A stretch of 64,000 bases of DNA from Takakia lepidozioides (lineage: Eukaryota; Plantae; Bryophyta): NCBI GenBank assembly GCA_030704615.1, contig CM060734.1, positions 41,354,001-41,418,000 on the forward strand. The letters run 5' to 3'. Positions 1-13,247 of the stretch are shown here, one piece after another. A program made the translations under genes and the position numbers. Numbering within the stretch: position 1 is the first letter of the stretch; every line of letters starts with the position of its first letter. Under the pieces are notes generated by a model. It did not search any database. It was not told the origin of the DNA and was given only the letters and a program-made list of their open reading frames with translations.

Positions 1-204
1 CACATAAATGTCAAGCTGAATGATTTGCTGCTAGCCATGGTCAGGTCCATACTTAGGAAGAGAGCTGATGGAGGTGAGTATGTGGCATACTTACCTAATT
101 CTCTGTTGCTACAAAGCTAAGAATCTGTCCTGTTTATGGTGCTGATGAAGGCCATAGGAAGTGCTTGTAGGAACGACTACTGATGGAGGATGTGGGTCAT
201 GCAG

Positions 205-2386
205 TTCTTGTATAACCATGCACGCTATTATCAGGCTTACTACGGGCCTCAGGCGGTAAGTCAGAGTTCAAGTTACCTGGATGTTATTTTTCCAAGCTGT
301 ATTCCCCCCCCTCTCCGATTCATGACTGCCGTACTCACAATAGCAGCAATGAATTCCAGGAAACGAGAAATGATCAGGTGGGATGAAAAATAGTTGGAGG
401 TGTGGGCAGCATTAAAATAGAAAACTGAGATTAGGTGATGTGGGGATGACCACAAGAGCTCACTTGCCTTTGAGTGACATGATCGGATGGGTTTCTACAC
501 CAGGACAGTCCCTATGAGCACAAGGTTTAGTTTCATTTGGTGATATTGTTTTCATGGGCTTGCAGGATTTACGGGCGGTCCTTGGAGGGCTGTTGGTTGT
601 GTTATCGTGCTTTCAGTATTTGAATCAATGCACTCGATATGGTCAGGTGATTCACGCGGCACTTTATCTTGCAGATTCCGTATATGTACTTTCACAAATG
701 GCATGGACATGTGCTAACGCTTTAACAGAGGCAGTGTTTTTTTTTTGAAATTTGCAAAACAACAGGAGTGGCTACTGAGTTTTGCAGGAAATAGGCATAT
801 TTTCTGTTCATCCACTGAAATTTGGATAGAATCATCCTGCTCGGTACTTTCATCCATGTATATCATCCATATTTGGCGAATTCATCGAAGATTGATATTC
901 TATGCGGAAAAGTTTGGCGATTTCATCCATGAAAAAACAAGGAATTTACGAGAGAATATTCTATTTTATTTCTTGAGGTCGAAAAAGTGCGAAATTTCGC
1001 CTGACCAGAGGCATTCGGCATGAGTCTGATTTGAACAAGAACACTGTTTCTGTGCAGATGCTAAACATGGTGAAGCAGACACCAGCGTATAAGAACAAGC
1101 TTAAGGCATTGGAACTGGAACGAAGTGGTGCAGTACCCAACAAGAAGAAGGGCTCAAAATCTAAGATCCGGTCAGCAGTGACTGTCTTTTTTGTGTGTTT
1201 TCTTGCCCTTCCGTGTTAAGAGTGGTGGCATGTGGAGCTGGTAACCAACTTGAAATGGAATTTTCTTTGAAATCTTTGACCTCTTCCCCTCTCTACGGAG
1301 AATGGAAGACATGCCTCACTTGTCATATTTGCATGATTTGATTTGAGAGATGGAGATGATGTGGCTGGAGGGACAGGCCACTGCCAGCATCAACTCAATC
1401 TACTTTGTACTGAAATGTTGAATATTTCCTCAATTGTGTGGCCATGATAACACAGACAGTATGGTCACTTTGGACTGTGCAGGGCAGATGTATCGGAGGA
1501 GGTGAGCAAAGAACTTGAGTTGCAGATCCAAGGGGCTGATAAGCCAACTGTTTGGCAATTGATTGGCGTTCGTTTCCTGCTGCTTCCTTACACCCTTGGC
1601 AAGGTTAGCTTTCCTATCCATTAATAGGGCAGGATCACCCAGTACCCGATGCCTATAACTAGCTTCTAAGATGCTTGTGAAATGACTCTCTAATATGTTG
1701 ACATGGTGCTCCCAACTCCTGGGGTGGTTGGATGAGCCACATGCTGTAGCTTTTGACTTGGCAAGGGCAGTGGATCTGGCGGTATTGGATAAGGCAGCAG
1801 CCATATGCTTGGGGGGATGCAGCATATTTGACCTGCTACCACCTTGGAATCCCTTCTTCTGCTTGGAGAAGCATGAGTAAGTTTTTCATGTTCCTCAATC
1901 CAAGTGAGTCCACCTTTTATATCCTACTTCTGGACTAATCTAGTGAAACCAGCCCACAACTGGTTTTTGTGTTCTCAATGCAAACCCTACATTCTGGGCA
2001 AATGGCGTCACATTACTGCACTACAGTGGGTTTCCGGTGTATTGTTGTTTATCTCAGTACCTCCATGCATCACTCACTAGTTGAGTGAAGCTGAGTCTCA
2101 GGTATGTTTGCTTAGAGAGGTAATGCCTGTGACTCAATGGGAATGGGGAGGATATGCTTGCAAGTTTTGTGCTTTGCCATTACAGACATACAGTATCCTG
2201 GTGGCAAGTGAAACCATGAAACTTGTTACTTCGTGTATTCACTGATATCAAATTGCTCATGATGTGGTCATGTGAATGGCAGGTGACCCATCGCAAGAAG
2301 ATTTGGTTGATAAGAGACTTTGGGTACGGGCTAATCTTGGGGAGTATCACAGAGAGTTGAGGAAAGAAGCAAGACGTCGGAGATAA
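205..2386 (+). CDS. DnaJ C50/ERdj7 (DNAJC25-like) J-domain co-chaperone, 3' exons; 5' part lies upstream of the window
   Basis: GT-AG exons at about 205-255, 567-647, 1058-1170, 1489-1603, 1750-1876 and 2283-2386 translate to FLYNHARYYQAYYGPQA / DLRAVLGGLLVVLSCFQYLNQ / VKQTPAYKNKLKALELERSG / ELELQIQGADKPTVWQLIGVRFLLLPY / WIWRYWIRQQPYAWGDAAYLT / DLVDKRLW...RKEARRRR*. This matches the recalled C-terminal half of plant DnaJ50/ERdj7. The J-domain itself is not in the window. Confidence 0.85.
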
Positions 2387-2934
2387 CATCTGGTGTTGGT
2401 CTAATTTTTAATTTTCAATTTAACTACCTTCTGATTCCCCAAGGTACCAGAGGGCACATCTCACCAGCCAAGAATCTTCCCGCATCTGGAACACATTTTG
2501 GATCCTAATCGATTTTAACACCTGCATTCTTCCTCTTATTAATTTTGAGTAAAAGGCATCTCTTGTTAATATATATAATGAATTTTGATTTTTCTTCCAG
2601 TGGTCCAACAATTATACCCCTGATAGAGACAAGGTAACGACATGACAAAATAGACATTCAGAGTCAGTTTTTTAAACAAGCGCCCGGTCCATGCAGTGTA
2701 TGAGAATATAGATGATATAATAAACATGTCAAAATGAATGAGAAAGTATACACTTAATTCTATGGAGTGACTAGGCAAACATCTATAAAACTTGCCAAGA
2801 GAGAAATATAAGAAGGAAGGTCTATATTCCAGGTTCTGGGAAAGGCTCTATTATTGTGTGAATCACGTTGTGTGCCTCCAACTGCCCAAGAAGGTCCCCC
2901 ATGCAGCCAAACTGCTCCAGTGATCTCCAAAGCA

Positions 2935-3040
2935 TCTCCAAAGCTGGAATTGTACCAGATGTGATTCTGAACAATACCCTTGTGGACATGTATGCCAAAT
3001 GTGGGTGCATCGAGGATGCAAAGGGAGTGTTTGACATCTC
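2935..3040 (+). pseudogene. Isolated PLS-PPR fragment
   Basis: Translates [31 protein letters not shown] (end of an L motif plus an S motif), with no flanking ORF. Confidence 0.75.
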
Positions 3041-3149
3041 ATGGAATCATAATAGCAGTGATGCCCTTTGAACACCCACTAGACCCACATTGCTCTGCGT
3101 AGAGAGAAGACATATAGTGCTACCATCTGCTTTGCAGCCTTCACATTGC

Positions 3150-3295
3150 ATATCTTGAAATAGTTGGATGGCCTCCTATGACAACTTCATCAATGCATTC
3201 CATGAGACCTTGGCACATTATCAAACACCTGTTGCGCATTCTGGACGCCTTCGCATACTAATACCATAAATGTCAACAAGGGCAGTTCTCACTAG
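3150..3295 (-). pseudogene. Degenerate PPR fragment, opposite orientation to the previous one
   Basis: The reverse strand reads RTALVDIYG...VQNAQQVFDNVP..SWNALM with frameshifts. Confidence 0.55.
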
Positions 3296-3876
3296 CAAGG
3301 TGAAGTGGCTCTTAGTGCCGGGGGGGCTTGGCAAGAGTCTTCTCTCTATTGTGACTCCTATTTACACTACAATCGCAACATGTTACCTGCTACTGGCCCT
3401 TCCAGGGTGGGCTCTATATGCGACTAGTGGAAGTCCCATCACGATATGCTAGTACAAACTACAAACACGTGTTCTCTAACCGGATTGCCTCATGCTAAAG
3501 TGCTTCTTGAGCGTAGGGACCTGCAGTTTTTCAACAATCCTTTCAAGAGCTGGAATCAGGAAGCTTGGTGCTGTACTTAGCCATGTTTGACTTCACTATC
3601 AAACATTCAAGAGCATTATGTTGAGGATAGTGAAGGAAAGTTTTTTGATCATCCAATGAAAGATATCCGGGAACACATAGATAGTACCAAACTTGACCAT
3701 TTTTTAGTAAGGAATGGTGGGGTTAGTGACTGATAGTATATCATGTGGTTCCTTCCTCTCATCTAATTGAATACACCGAGCTTAGATTGCACAGGACATA
3801 CTTGGGACCTCCCTCAACTATAACTCCCTGTCTCCTATCTTCCTCTGTCTTCTCTCTGGGTTTCGAAGAGGGTGGC

Positions 3877-5087
3877 ATGGACAGTATGCAAAGGGAGGAG
3901 CTCGAGCGGCTTATGTTCTTTGAGCAGACCCGCGAGAAGTCTGCTGCGGAATACATTCGCTCACCCACAGATCCTGACGTAATGTCTCCCTCCCCATCAT
4001 GTCTTTCCTTGCTTGGTAGTTATCCCTTCGCATTGCGCCAGTGTGGGGACGTTCTTGTAGCGAGATTCAATTATACCGGATGTGTTTAGATTTCATTGCA
4101 GAAGGTTCAAAAATGGCTTTTGGTGAACTAGAGGAAAATTCTGGGATTATGAGTACTGATGGTATTCAGGGTTTCTCCATATCACCCTCGGTGTGGGGAT
4201 GGTGTAATTGGCAGGGACGTCGTTCCATTTCTTTAGGGTCAGGATTAGTAGGATTTAAGGACGCAGGGTAGTTCCCAGAGTCCGAAAATGCCTCAAAGCC
4301 CGGATAACAGTTGAGGAATCACCAAACATATGTGGTATGGTCCAGTATCCATAGTTGGAACATCAGTAGTCTGGAGATGTTTGTAGATTCTTCGGAACTG
4401 CACTCATGTGTCTCTCTGTGGCCCCTTTTCCCTTTCTTCAAAGATGCTCTCGAAGCAAGGTAATTGTTGAAATGGTTGCGTACCTGGCTGGGATGGCAGA
4501 ATTTGACAAGATGGGGTGGGGCGCTACTGGAACTGGCACACTTCAGGCAGGGCCAGGACTCCATTGACATGGTCCAAGGTTTGTTTTTTATCTCTCTAAC
4601 TCCATTGGTGTCCATTGCACAAACTCTTTCTGGCCATGGATTTTTTCTGTATATGCTTAAGATATTGATCTACTAGGGGGTTCCCATCTTTTCTGCTGTC
4701 TTTTCTACCTCCTCAACTACCCTTCATGTTTCTTAGTCTCTCCACCCACAACTGAAAGTCAACCACCACCACCCTGACTTCCCCATGTTTCCCCCTCTTC
4801 GCATAAAACTTACTAGACATTTTTGTTGTAACACACCCTTTACAGAGTACGAATCCTCCTGCGACACACAGAGAGAGAATGTACTCATAAGACGTTGTTT
4901 CCCATAGCCTTGTGGCCATTGACCCCACGCCCAGTTTGAGCGGAACACAAAGGGACATAAACTGCCTTTGTCAGGGGCTGACGCCGGTAGTATGAATTAC
5001 CTTGAAACAGACAATTGATCCGAGTTTTCCAGATATCCTTTAGAAATCCCTTCACACAAACATCAATCTGCTGTGTCTGATTTGCCC

Positions 5088-5122
<35 letters not shown>

Positions 5123-6740
5123 TGTGTGTGTGAATGACATCCACACAGAGACTGGAGAGAGAGAAAGAGATCTTTTTGGTAATGTGTAAAATTCCGCTTG
5201 TTTTATGCACCCCTGATGTATTGACGGATAAGATGTGTGGGTTATTAAGATGCGGTTTCAAAGCTGGAGGAGGCCCTCCAAATAAATCCCCGCAAGCATG
5301 ATGCACTTTGGTGCCTTGGTAACGCCCACACGTCCCAAGGATTTCTGGTGACTGAAACTGACAAGGCCAATGATTTTTTCAAGAAAGCTGCACGCTGCTT
5401 TCAACAGGCAATTGATGAGGTGCCCCTCTGTCTCACTTCCTGCAATTTACTTGAAGTCTGCCAAGACAGTGAACCTTTCCTTGACTAAGGAAACTCCTGT
5501 GAATTTGCATCAGTTACTGGGACCGTGTCTGAGTCCATAGCCCATCATCAATAATCAGATGCGTAAGTCAATCTTAAGGTTCTTGACAAGGTTCAATACC
5601 TCATCTCCCTTATTGACAAGGTTCATACCTTATTTCTCTGGAGGGATAGTATGTAGCTCAGTAGCACTGTGGCCACATCAGCTGTGGTCCTGGGTTGAAA
5701 CCGCTCGTCGTCTTCTGGCCAAATAACATGGTCTCCAGGGGTTGGAAGGTGGGATAGACCTTCCCAAACTAGGTCATTGTGGTTGATATTCCTCTGTTGA
5801 AAAGAAGTCTCAGGTCTCATTTCTGACATGACGATAAAGTTACATAACTGTTGCCTGCCCCTGGATGGCTTACAGATGGCAGCTACTAACTAGGTTATGG
5901 TTGACTACCATTCTTCTTCACCTCTCTCTTCTCTTTGGGGGTAAACTTAGACCTCAAATTAGATGTTCTTCTTGCTGTTTCGGTTAGGCAGAGTGCCCGG
6001 ACTTCTTTTTCTTTTGACTACCTTGGCCATGAAATGCGTTGAATAGGAGAAGGGAACCAGGTCTTGAATTTGTTATGTGGTTGGTGCGCAGGAACCCCAA
6101 AATGAGCTCTATCAGAAGGCCCTAGAGATGACTGACAAGGTACTATCAATTTTCATGATTGGAATTGGTGTTAAACTTCAAGAAGGCACAGATATAGACA
6201 GAGAGATTATAATGGCTGTCACAGTGTTTGACTTTTATGAATTGGTGTGATGATGGTGCAGGCACCATCACTGCATCAAGAACTCCAGAGACAGCTTGCC
6301 TCTCAGCAGGTGGTGTTGGGAGGTGGTTCAGCTCCAACTGGTGGTGCCGCTCCAAAGGTACTATGGATCATGCCACATTTGATAGTGGTTTCTAACCATT
6401 TATTGGCAACTGCCAATCCTCTAGATCTTCTTAGAAAAGGAAAAGTGTTGTTATTATATGGCAAAGGTGAAGAATTTTTGCTCTCAGTGAGATGTTATAA
6501 AGGACGATTGAGGCTGAAGGTCTTGCTTGAGACGAATTCACCCCTGCATGTTATATTTTTTGACTTTGATTGTTGCTCTTGGTATCTGGTTTGCAGGGGA
6601 GTAAGAAGAAAAAGGATGACAGTGACTTCAAGTACGATGTGATGGGGTGGATTGTGCTGGCTATTGGAGTAATGGCCTGGGTGGGCTTGGCCAAGTCGTC
6701 CATGCCGCCCCCACCAGTTTCCCCATCAATTCTTAGATAG
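3877..6740 (+). CDS. TOM20: Plant mitochondrial import receptor TOM20
   Basis: Six exons (about 3877-3978, 4500-4578, 5250-5419, 6092-6139, 6262-6357, 6597-6740): [20 protein letters not shown]; [15 protein letters not shown]; [15 protein letters not shown]; [10 protein letters not shown]; [11 protein letters not shown]; [31 protein letters not shown] (C-terminal TM anchor). Confidence 0.93.
4868..5090 (-). mobile_element. 5'-truncated LINE 3'-end copy in TOM20 intron 2
   Basis: Reverse-complement match to 8450-8665 and direct match to 12950-13140; abuts a (GA)n/(TG)n tract at 5091-5132. Confidence 0.75.
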
Positions 6741-7149
6741 AGTGGGTGTAGCAGTGAGGAATCTGAGATTTTTTTGTATCTACCTCTCTTTGCTACATGG
6801 TCTGAATGGGGGGACCCCGACTATGTTATTTCTACAACTGATCAATGCCTTGGATAAAAAATGCATGATCTGATCTGATTTTGTAATTACTAATATGATT
6901 GCTTGATTCTTTTTGGGGGAGTGCACATTGGACAACGAAGTCTCACAGCCAAGTCTCAGACTATAAAGATGGCATAACCAATTAGTGTCTGTTGAGTAAC
7001 CAGCGGAAGTGCAACTTGGTCTTGATTAGAAGGGCTTGGTTTGTGAGTAAGTTGACCCTTAAGATGTGGAATATTCTTGCCATACTGACCGCCCATTAGT
7101 TTTTCTGAGATTGCTGAAGCAACAGAACATCTTAGAACAACTAAAGGGC

Positions 7150-8058
7150 TATAATGCTAGTGGTATTGTCATTAAGTTAATTAAGCATGGTGGCAATGCT
7201 ATGGTAGTGGAAGGCAAGGGATTTGGGTTGAAGGTGGGTCATGCCACCATACCAGCTCTTATGTCTGGTGATGAATTCGTAGGGGCAGGGCCCTAGCGCA
7301 TTTCTCATCCAATCATGGGGAGTTGATTGATTGTGCAAGGAGGTGCTTCAACCTGTGGAGGCTACAAGCCAATGTTAGAAAATGCATGGTGGTGGCCCAT
7401 CCTGGGGAGGAGGTGGGGATCTCAAATGGACATGGGGCAGTGAAGAAATGCCATGTGCTCCTTTCCTACAAATGTCTAGGCTAGGTGTTGAGTTTTCCTC
7501 CAATTGTAACTGTGATGCCCTAAGATGATGAAACTGTCTTGGAAGCAAGACCGTTCTGTTTAAACAGGCAAAGTCCTGGTGGAAGAAGGTCGAGGAGATT
7601 TTCAAGTACCTGAAGGAAGGAGGCTGTAGTGTCTGAGGCCATGTCAGAAGCACAGAGAAAGGGGAGATTGTCAATGCCCAATGTGCGGGCAGATTGAAGA
7701 CAACAACGATTCATGATGTCCAGGTTATCCCCAGAGTGACCCCCTTTGGGAGTCGGGACTTGGGACCATCAAGAACATAGTCCACCTCCGTTCAAGAATC
7801 TCAAAATCTCAATGCCAGTCTAAAGCCCTGGCCCTGTTGGGTCTAATTGTTGGGCGGCTCAAATATTGATGCTTGTGTGAAGGGATTTCTAGAGGAAATC
7901 TGGAAAGCCCGCACCAATTGTTTATAACAAGGTAAGTCCCACCACTGGAGTGAACCAGGTAGTGTCCGTTCCCTCTTGTTCCGCCCAAACTGGGCACTGG
8001 TGTATGGCCACAAGGCTAGAGCAGACAATGTATCATCAGCACATTCTCCCTCTCTCTC
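7150..8058 (+). mobile_element. Heavily decayed non-LTR retrotransposon (RT remnant plus 3' end)
   Basis: GFGLKVGHATIPALMSGDEFV resembles the RT motif ...IPALxxADDxV, and LGVEFS resembles YLGVxF. 7830-8058 matches the 3' end of the repeat family at 8440-8665 and ends in (CT)n. Confidence 0.55.
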
Positions 8059-8214
8059 ACAGCTCTGAGGCCGTTGTTTGGTTGTCATTGCCACTCAACC
8101 CCACACTTTGTTTCATCCCATGATATCTAAGCTTTAAGGCTACAGTACACTTTGGAGGCTAACTCTTCCAGCTTCTTTGCATTCCTCCCTCTCTATCTAA
8201 TAGTAACTCAGGGC

Positions 8215-8665
8215 GTGAAGCCTACCTTTGAACAGCAAACAGATGCAGAGAGGAACGAGGGATTGCAATTGCCCGTTGTGTGGGCAACCTGAAGACAATA
8301 CTCATTTTCTGATTCATTGTCCCGGGTACTCTCATGAGAGAGACGCCGTCTTCAAATCCATCAAGGGAAATGTGCCTGAACCTCTGTTTACCAACTTGAA
8401 AGTCTCGAGGCTGAGCCAAAAGCCCAGGCCCATTTGGGGCCTGGTTATTGGGCAAACCACACACACAGCAGATTGATGCTTGTGTGAAAAGATTTCTAGA
8501 GGATATCCGGAAAATTTCGATTAATAATCGGTTCCAAGGTAAGTAATACTACTGGCGTCAGCCCCCGACAAAGGTAGTTTCTGTCCCTTTGTGTTCAGCT
8601 CAAACTTGTGCGGGGACAACGGCCACACGGCTATGGCAAACAATATCTTATGAGTACATTCTATC
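8215..8665 (+). mobile_element. LINE ORF2 C-terminus (CCHC zinc finger) and 3' UTR
   Basis: CPLCGQPEDNTHFLIHC (Cx2C...Hx4C) is followed by IDACVKRFLEDI and a 3' UTR shared with four other copies in the window. Confidence 0.75.
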
Positions 8666-8935
8666 TACTAGTAACTGCACACATCTGAGGAAAAACAGAG
8701 AGTCAACCAATCACATATATTGATATCTTCAGGCAACAGGTCACTGGGTCGGATACATCTCATCAAATGGACAGGATCAAGACAGTCATTGGCTCTGAAA
8801 AACCTAACAGTACTCCCTCTCCACTTAGCAGAGAATATTAAACAGCCAACTCTGGAAAATCTCTAGGCTACATCCTGGATACGTGCCCCCAGAAGAGATA
8901 TCAAAATTTAGGGTCCACTGCTGTGAGATGAACCC

Positions 8936-9832
8936 TCATTCCTCAAGAATCCCCAGAATGTCATCATCGCGATATAGCACAAACCTGCCAGCCACACATC
9001 CATTCATTGTGACATAATGCATAACCATATAACTCTACGACCCAGCTGTATATGATGTATTATTTAACAAAGAGCTATAGAGCTTTCATCAAGATGATCT
9101 AGAGGGTGGATGACTCATAGAAGGTGATGTATGTACATCTGACTAACATCCGTCCTCTCTCTCCAACCTCACTTGTAGCATCACACCAGATAAAGAAGGT
9201 TTGCTCAGATTGACCACTGCCATTGAAAAAATAAGGGGGCAGTACTCTTACTCTTTATCTCCCAGAAGTATCTGGGTACCACCATATTCAGGAAGGAGGA
9301 CATTGTCACCCTCTTTCACACTAACCGGTATCTTGTTTCCATCTCTCGTCCGACCACCATTGCCAACAGCAATTACAACACCTGTGTTAACCTACAAGGA
9401 GTCCAAAAAAAACTAAGTTTCATGTACCATAGTAGACATATAGAACCGCATGCAACAGGATGTTTGGGCAGCCACCAAACAAATTCTTTCTCTACCAGAC
9501 TATGGTCAAGAGACAATGGTCGGTATCAGCCTACAGCAGAGTATCCAGGACTTGTAATGGACAAGAGGAAAAGAAGATTACGCAGACAGACGGGAAAGGA
9601 TTAAGAACTCCTTTACTATGTCATGCTATACCTGTACCTCCCTGGGTGATTCTGTGCATAATTTTCCAGAGAAAGACATGACGACTCCACACTGCCTGTC
9701 ATGTGGTGGAATGTTTACCTTAGAAATGGTCTCGGGAAGAAGAACACCGCTAGGCGTTCTGGTAGGTGCGATGACCCTCTCCACCAGCACCCTGTCAAGA
9801 AGTGGTCTCAGCCTCTTTGCCAACAACGTCAT
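8936..9832 (-). CDS. CPN10: 10 kDa chaperonin (mitochondrial CPN10/GroES family)
   Basis: Three exons: MTLLAKRLRPLLDRVLVERVIAPTRTPSGVLLPETISK; VNTGVVIAVGNGGRTRDGNKIPVSVKEGDNVLLPEYGGTQILLGDKE; FVLYRDDDILGILEE*. Confidence 0.95.
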
Positions 9833-10469
9833 TTTCCACTCAACCCAACACGAACAAACCCTCTAAAACTCTCTCACGACACTCCCGTCCCTGCTGTGGA
9901 TTCCCAGCTGCAGCTTCAGACCTCCAATGCAACGGCGCAAGAAGAAGTTAGCGACCAACGGCAGCTTCGTCTTTCCCACACTTCTTCCACACTCTTCTAG
10001 AAAAGGTCGTCCTCACTTCCACTACGCACATTCCACCTTATTCCGGCTAAAACCCTAATAACCACCACCAACTCTGTCTACAGACTGGTTCAAACCCTGC
10101 TGTCAGTTAGTTAGCGGTTTTACGCGACACAAACAATCTTAACGGGAAATGGCAACCAGCTTAGTTTCTGTTTGCTAACGAAATATTCTGACAGAGTTAT
10201 GAAGTGGCTTGGGATTAATTAGGGTTAGGGTCTCTGTTCTTGATTAGGGTTTTAGTAGTGAGCAAATGGAGAGTACTCGTCTCTCCAGCTGTGAAGGTGC
10301 TCGGTAGGGGATTAGAGCAGACAGTGTTGTGGAGGAAGTGCAAGAAGAGAGTGTAGGTATGTGTGTGTGAAGGAGAGAGGGTGGGAGAAAGGGATCTGAG
10401 GTTAAGAGGGCGGGGATTGGCAAGAGGGAGAGAGAAGAAAAAAGAGAGAAGTAATTGGAGGTCCCGAGG
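9833..10469. promoter_or_regulatory. Short divergent (bidirectional) promoter region between CPN10 and SYF1, with telo-boxes
   Basis: The start codons are about 640 bp apart head-to-head. AAACCCTAA at 10050-10058; TTAGGGTT(T) at 10219-10231 and 10244-10252. Confidence 0.6.
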
Positions 10470-13212
10470 ATGCCGTCCATCCCTCAGGACCTCTACCCTT
10501 CAGATGAGGACCTGCTGTATGAGGAAGAGATTCTGAGAAATCCTTATACACTGAAGTTGTGGTGGCGGTATATTCAGGCACGGCGGGAGGCGCCAGTGAA
10601 GAAGCGGTCGATTCTGTTTGAGAGAGCGGTGAAAGCGCTACCAGGAAGCTACAAGTTGTGGCATGCATATCTTCGAGAGAAGCTGGACGGGGTGAGGGGG
10701 CTCTCTCTTTCTAACTCGCAGTATGAGGCTCTGAACAACACATTTGAGAGGGCTCTTGTGACTATGCACAAAATGCCCCGAATTTGGATAATGTATTTGA
10801 AAACCCTAACTGAGCAGAAATTGCTGACGAGGACACGCAGGATGTTCGATCGAGCGCTTTGCTCACTGCCTGTAACTCAGCATGACAGAATCTGGGAAGC
10901 GTATTTGAAGTTTGTGTCACAACATGGTGTTCCAATTGAGACCTCCTTGAGAGTGTACAGACGGTTCCTCAAGTTCGATCCCACTCACATCGAGGATTTC
11001 ATTGAGTTTCTCCAATCTTCGGAGCTATGGCAAGAGACTGCAGATAGGCTATCAAACGTGTTGAATGATGAGACCTTCCTCTCGCGTAAGGGCAAGACAC
11101 GACATCAGCTATGGCTGGAGCTTTGCAACTTGCTCACAAAGCATGCAAACGAGGTCTCCGGGTTGCAGGTGGATCCCATTATCCGGGGTGGGATTGGGAA
11201 GTTCACTGATGAGGTAGGCCGCCTGTGGACATCGCTTGCTGATTACTACATCAGGCGATCGCTCTTCGAAAAAGCGAGAGATGTTTATGAGGAGGGTATG
11301 ATGAAAGTCATTACCGTTAGAGATTTTAGCATGATATTCGATGCCTACACTCAGTTTGAGGAGAGTATGCTGGCTGCTAAAATGGAGGACCTGAATGAGG
11401 AAGAAACCCATGATGTAGAGGATGAGAAGACCATTCAAGCAGTTTCTCTGACCAAGAATGTTGACGGAGAGCTGGCCAAGGGAGATCCAACCAGAAAGGC
11501 TCTAAAGAAGGGGAGTCAAAAGGACCCTCTAGAAAACTTGGAGAGGGAGATGTTGTCCGGGTTCTGGCTCAATGATGAAGATGATATAGATCTCCGCCTG
11601 GCACGGCTGGAGAACTTGATGGATCGACGACCTGAGCTAGTGAGCAGTGTATTATTGCGACAGAACCCCCACAACGTTCATGAATGGCACAAACGGGTGA
11701 AGTTGTTTGCAGGCGACCCCACCAAACAGGCTCATACCTTCACTGAAGCTGTAAGAACGGTGGACCCATTCAAAGCAGTGGGGAAGCTTCACACACTCTG
11801 GGTTGCATTTGCACGTTTGTATGAAGCGCATGCTGATCTGGGGCATGCACGGGTAATTTTTGAGAAGGCAGTGCAGGTTGGATATAAGGCAGTGGATGAC
11901 CTGGCAAGTGTGTGGTGTGAGTGGGCAGAGATGGAGCTTAGGCATAAGAATTTTAAAGGTGCACTGGACCTCATGCGACGTGCTACAGCTGAGCCTTCGG
12001 TTGCAGTCAAGCGGCAAGGTAAATTGTTTTCGTTTGGGGAGGAAACTGTTCCAAATACATGTGGGAAGAATGGGAAAGTGCTTCAAAGATTCAGGTCTTT
12101 TAAGCAAAAAATCAAGAAGCCTTTCTTGTTTCCTTTGTACTGGTTTTAGTGTTGTCTCTTTGTGACGAGTAAGGCAAGGCAGATGGAACATAGATTTGAA
12201 CTTACCCGTTGTATCTCCCTGGCATTGGCCATGCAGTTTCAACAGAAGGTGAAGAGCCAGTTCAAATGAGACTGTTCAAATCGTTGAAGCTGTGGTCCTT
12301 CTATGTTGATTTGGAGGAGAGCTTGGGCACACTGGATGCCACCCGCAGGATCTACGAGCGCATGCTCGACCTCAAGATTGCCACCCCTCAGATTATACTC
12401 AACTATTCCTCGCTGCTTGAGGTACTCCATCTCTTTCTTTCCAGTCACCCCACTGATATCCTTGAGGCTGTAACTTGGAGCAGATCACAAACCTTACATG
12501 CCCTAAACCTGTCAGCTTTGCCACTGGTAAAAGTGATTGGCTGATGTTTGCACTTTGAGCCTGCAGGAGCACAAGTACTTTGAGGATGCATTCAAAGTGT
12601 ACGAGAGAGGGGTCCAAATTTTCAAGTACCCTCATGTTCGAGATATTTGGACCACGTATTTGTCCAAATTTGTGACTCGTTATGGAGGGAAGAAGCTGGA
12701 GCGTGCACGGGACTTGTTTGAGCAGGCTGTTGAGAAGGTTTGACAGGCTAGACACATATTTCGGACACATATTCTTGCTATTTAGCCTGTGTTTGTTGAG
12801 GGGATCACCTAGGGCAATCATTTGTTATTGGAGCTGAGGAGATGCATGAGAAGGTGCTCTTGGTGAACATCGCAAGTATTCATGTACAAAAGAGAGATCA
12901 TTAGCATTACCTGCAGCAACCTAGTGGCTGTAGAAACCACACCTTTCTTGAGAGAGATGGTACTCATAAGACGTTGTTTGCCATAGCCTTCCCCGTGCCC
13001 AGTTTGAACGGAACACTAAGGGACAGAAACTACCTATGTCAGGGGCTTATGCCAGTAGTATGACTTACCTTGAGAGATGCAATTGATCCGAGTTTTCCCA
13101 ATATCCTCTTTCACACAACCATCAATCTGCTGTGTGTGTTTTTTGAGAGAGAAATGAAATGAAATGGTACTTCATAACATCCACAGAAAACTCAAAGAGC
13201 TTATGGGACAAA

Positions 13213-13247
<35 letters not shown>

